Made by a program: the position numbers and the translations under genes. DNA of 64,000 bases from positions 75,208-139,207 of the forward strand of contig JBFXAH010000011.1 in NCBI GenBank assembly GCA_050184475.1, written 5' to 3'. The notes below the pieces were generated by a model. It worked only from the letters and a program-made list of their open reading frames with translations, was not told where the DNA came from and searched no databases. Shown here piece by piece: positions 62,894 to 64,000 of the stretch; the first letter of the stretch is position 1; each line of letters opens with the position of its first letter. The DNA is from Pirellulales bacterium. GTDB taxonomy: Bacteria > Planctomycetota > Planctomycetia > Pirellulales > JAEUIK01.

Positions 62894-63456
62894 CCGCGCT
62901 GGCGCCGGTCGTTTCGCGCGACGAGGCCATCGGCAAATTCTCGCGGCGCGCCTGGTGGCAACGGCTGGCCCGCCCACCGCGCGAGTCGCATCTCGAAATC
63001 GTGTATCTGCCCCGCTATCGGATCGCACTAAAGCGCGCCGCCGCGACGTCGACCGAGCAGCAGTCGCATACCGCGGCGTTCGTCGGCGCGTTCGAGGCCG
63101 AAGTCGACATTCTCGATCTAGCGGGGGTCGGCTGTGCCGAGCACGAGCCGGCCGAGTGTTTTTCGCCGGCAATTTCGGCCGAGCAGGCGTTGGCCGCCGC
63201 GCGGCTTCGGCTGCAACGCGCTGCCCTGGCGAGCGTCCGCCCGCAGCAGCGCTTGGTGATGCTCGAACCGCCGGAAATCGAGCTGGTGCACTACCCTTAT
63301 TGGGCCTACTACTTCCGCCGTCGCGCCGGTATGCTGGACGCCGCGTTGCTCGACGCGATCACCGCAGCGCGAGCCGGGCCGCAACTCAAGCGAGCCCTGC
63401 TGGCGGCGCTGGCGTCGAGCTCGCCAGGCCGTGCGAGCCAGAACTCGCGCGGCTGA
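62890..63456 (+). CDS. hypothetical protein (188 aa)
   Basis: ORF 62890..63456, translationally coupled to the previous gene. No motif recognised. Confidence 0.45.
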   Translation: MTALAPVVSRDEAIGKFSRRAWWQRLARPPRESHLEIVYLPRYRIALKRAAATSTEQQSHTAAFVGAFEAEVDILDLAGVGCAEHEPAECFSPAISAEQALAAARLRLQRAALASVRPQQRLVMLEPPEIELVHYPYWAYYFRRRAGMLDAALLDAITAARAGPQLKRALLAALASSSPGRASQNSRG

Positions 63457-63573
63457 AATTGCTACCTGCGGCCGTGTTTACTGGAGTCCGCGGTTACTTG
63501 AGCCCGCGGCTGTGCACGCCGGAATCCGCAGCCGGCCATCTTTCTCCCCTCCCCGCTTCAACCGTTTGTCATC

Positions 63574-64000
63574 ATGCCCGAGATCACTTATCGCGACGGC
63601 CGATTTTGGCGCGGCGGCCGACCTTTCTTTTTGATTGCCGCCGACTATCCGTACTTTCGCGATCGCCGCGACAACTGGCAGGACCGCCTCGAAAAACAGC
63701 AGGCCGCCGGCGTCAACACGATCACGTTCTACATCCCCTGGCGACACCATCTGCGCTTCGACGACGCGGGCCGCAGGTTCTACGACTTCGACGGCAGCAC
63801 CAAGGACAGCCGCGACGTCATCGGTTACATGGAGCGGATCGAAAAGCTCGGGCTGTACATGATCGTCAAGCCGGGGCCGTTCATTCATTCGGAGCTGAAC
63901 ATCGGCGGCTTGCCTGACCTGGTTTCGCCCAGCTTCAACCCTGGCATGCCGGCGGCGCGGCGCCATCACGGCGGGCCAGCCTATTGGAGCTACGACGCCA
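63574..64000 (+). CDS. glycoside hydrolase, GH35-like beta-galactosidase N-terminal fragment (runs off the window)
   Basis: My own translation from the ATG at 63574: MPEITYRDGRFWRGGRPFFLIAADYPYFRDRRDNWQDRLEKQQAAGVNTITFYIPWRHHL...GLYMIVKPGPFIHSELNIGGLPDL. This resembles the GH35 TIM-barrel start (AGxNTV..Y..WN.HE, RPGPYICAE..GGLP). Confidence 0.5.
   Translation, partial: MPEITYRDGRFWRGGRPFFLIAADYPYFRDRRDNWQDRLEKQQAAGVNTITFYIPWRHHLRFDDAGRRFYDFDGSTKDSRDVIGYMERIEKLGLYMIVKPGPFIHSELNIGGLPDLVSPSFNPGMPAARRHHGGPAYWSYDA

Overview
This is a 64-kb segment of a high-GC bacterial chromosome. Hand counts of typical 60-nt lines give roughly 65-77% GC. The likeliest source is Planctomycetota (Pirellulales-like). 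That is inference only, based on an LptD-like outer-membrane protein, GT39, few Shine-Dalgarno sites, and proteins that start with a basic-x(F/L)QF(S/R)LR-TM anchor. I call about 55 protein-coding genes. I found no rRNA, tRNA, CRISPR array, transposase or integrase.

Layout:
- 1-6.3 kb: haem-copper oxidase cluster (ctaB, cox subunits III and IV, an embedded ABC exporter, SCO1, DUF420, two small membrane proteins), punctuated by a 30-bp palindromic repeat.
- 6.4-14 kb: envelope genes (MMPL/RND, GT39, LptD-like, DgkA).
- 14-17 kb: a degenerate sigma54-EBP-like regulator, a hypothetical and Mrp/ApbC, linked by overlapping stop/start codons.
- 17.5 kb: an unlisted 29-codon lysine-rich ORF with a strong SD and a terminator.
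- 18-20 kb: a serine hydrolase and a secreted SNase-like nuclease.
- 19.96-22.23 kb: a low-GC island with two overlapping genes, an AAA_15/21-type ABC ATPase and a 154-aa protein with a PD-(D/E)xK-like signature. This is my top candidate for an undescribed (defence-like) system.
- 22-26.6 kb: bioB, PSP1-like, ruvX, SDR, MBL hydrolase.
- 26.5-28.4 kb: a di-haem oxidoreductase (DUF1111) gene flanked by a 109-bp direct duplication of the MBL gene's 3' end.
- 28.4-29.7 kb: nhaA.
- 29.85-34.26 kb: a lower-GC accessory block. Four consecutive genes share a conserved 5' leader and N-terminal anchor, and one of them is frameshifted. A 120-bp tandem repeat full of ACCCGGACGCAAA 13-mers follows.
- 34.3-40.3 kb: an orphan double ABC-2 permease, asnB, a PIN-TRAM protein and a small hypothetical.
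- 40.3-47.4 kb: a conserved but uncharacterised transglutaminase / circularly permuted ATP-grasp + alpha-E / DUF2126 operon.
- 47.5-64 kb: ppc, pfk, a Zn-ribbon metallopeptidase, glnN (GS type III), an RCK K+ channel, a FAD oxidoreductase, glgC, an SSS symporter with three coupled small genes, and a partial GH35-like gene at the window edge.

All family assignments come from motifs I could read in the translations. No database search was run.
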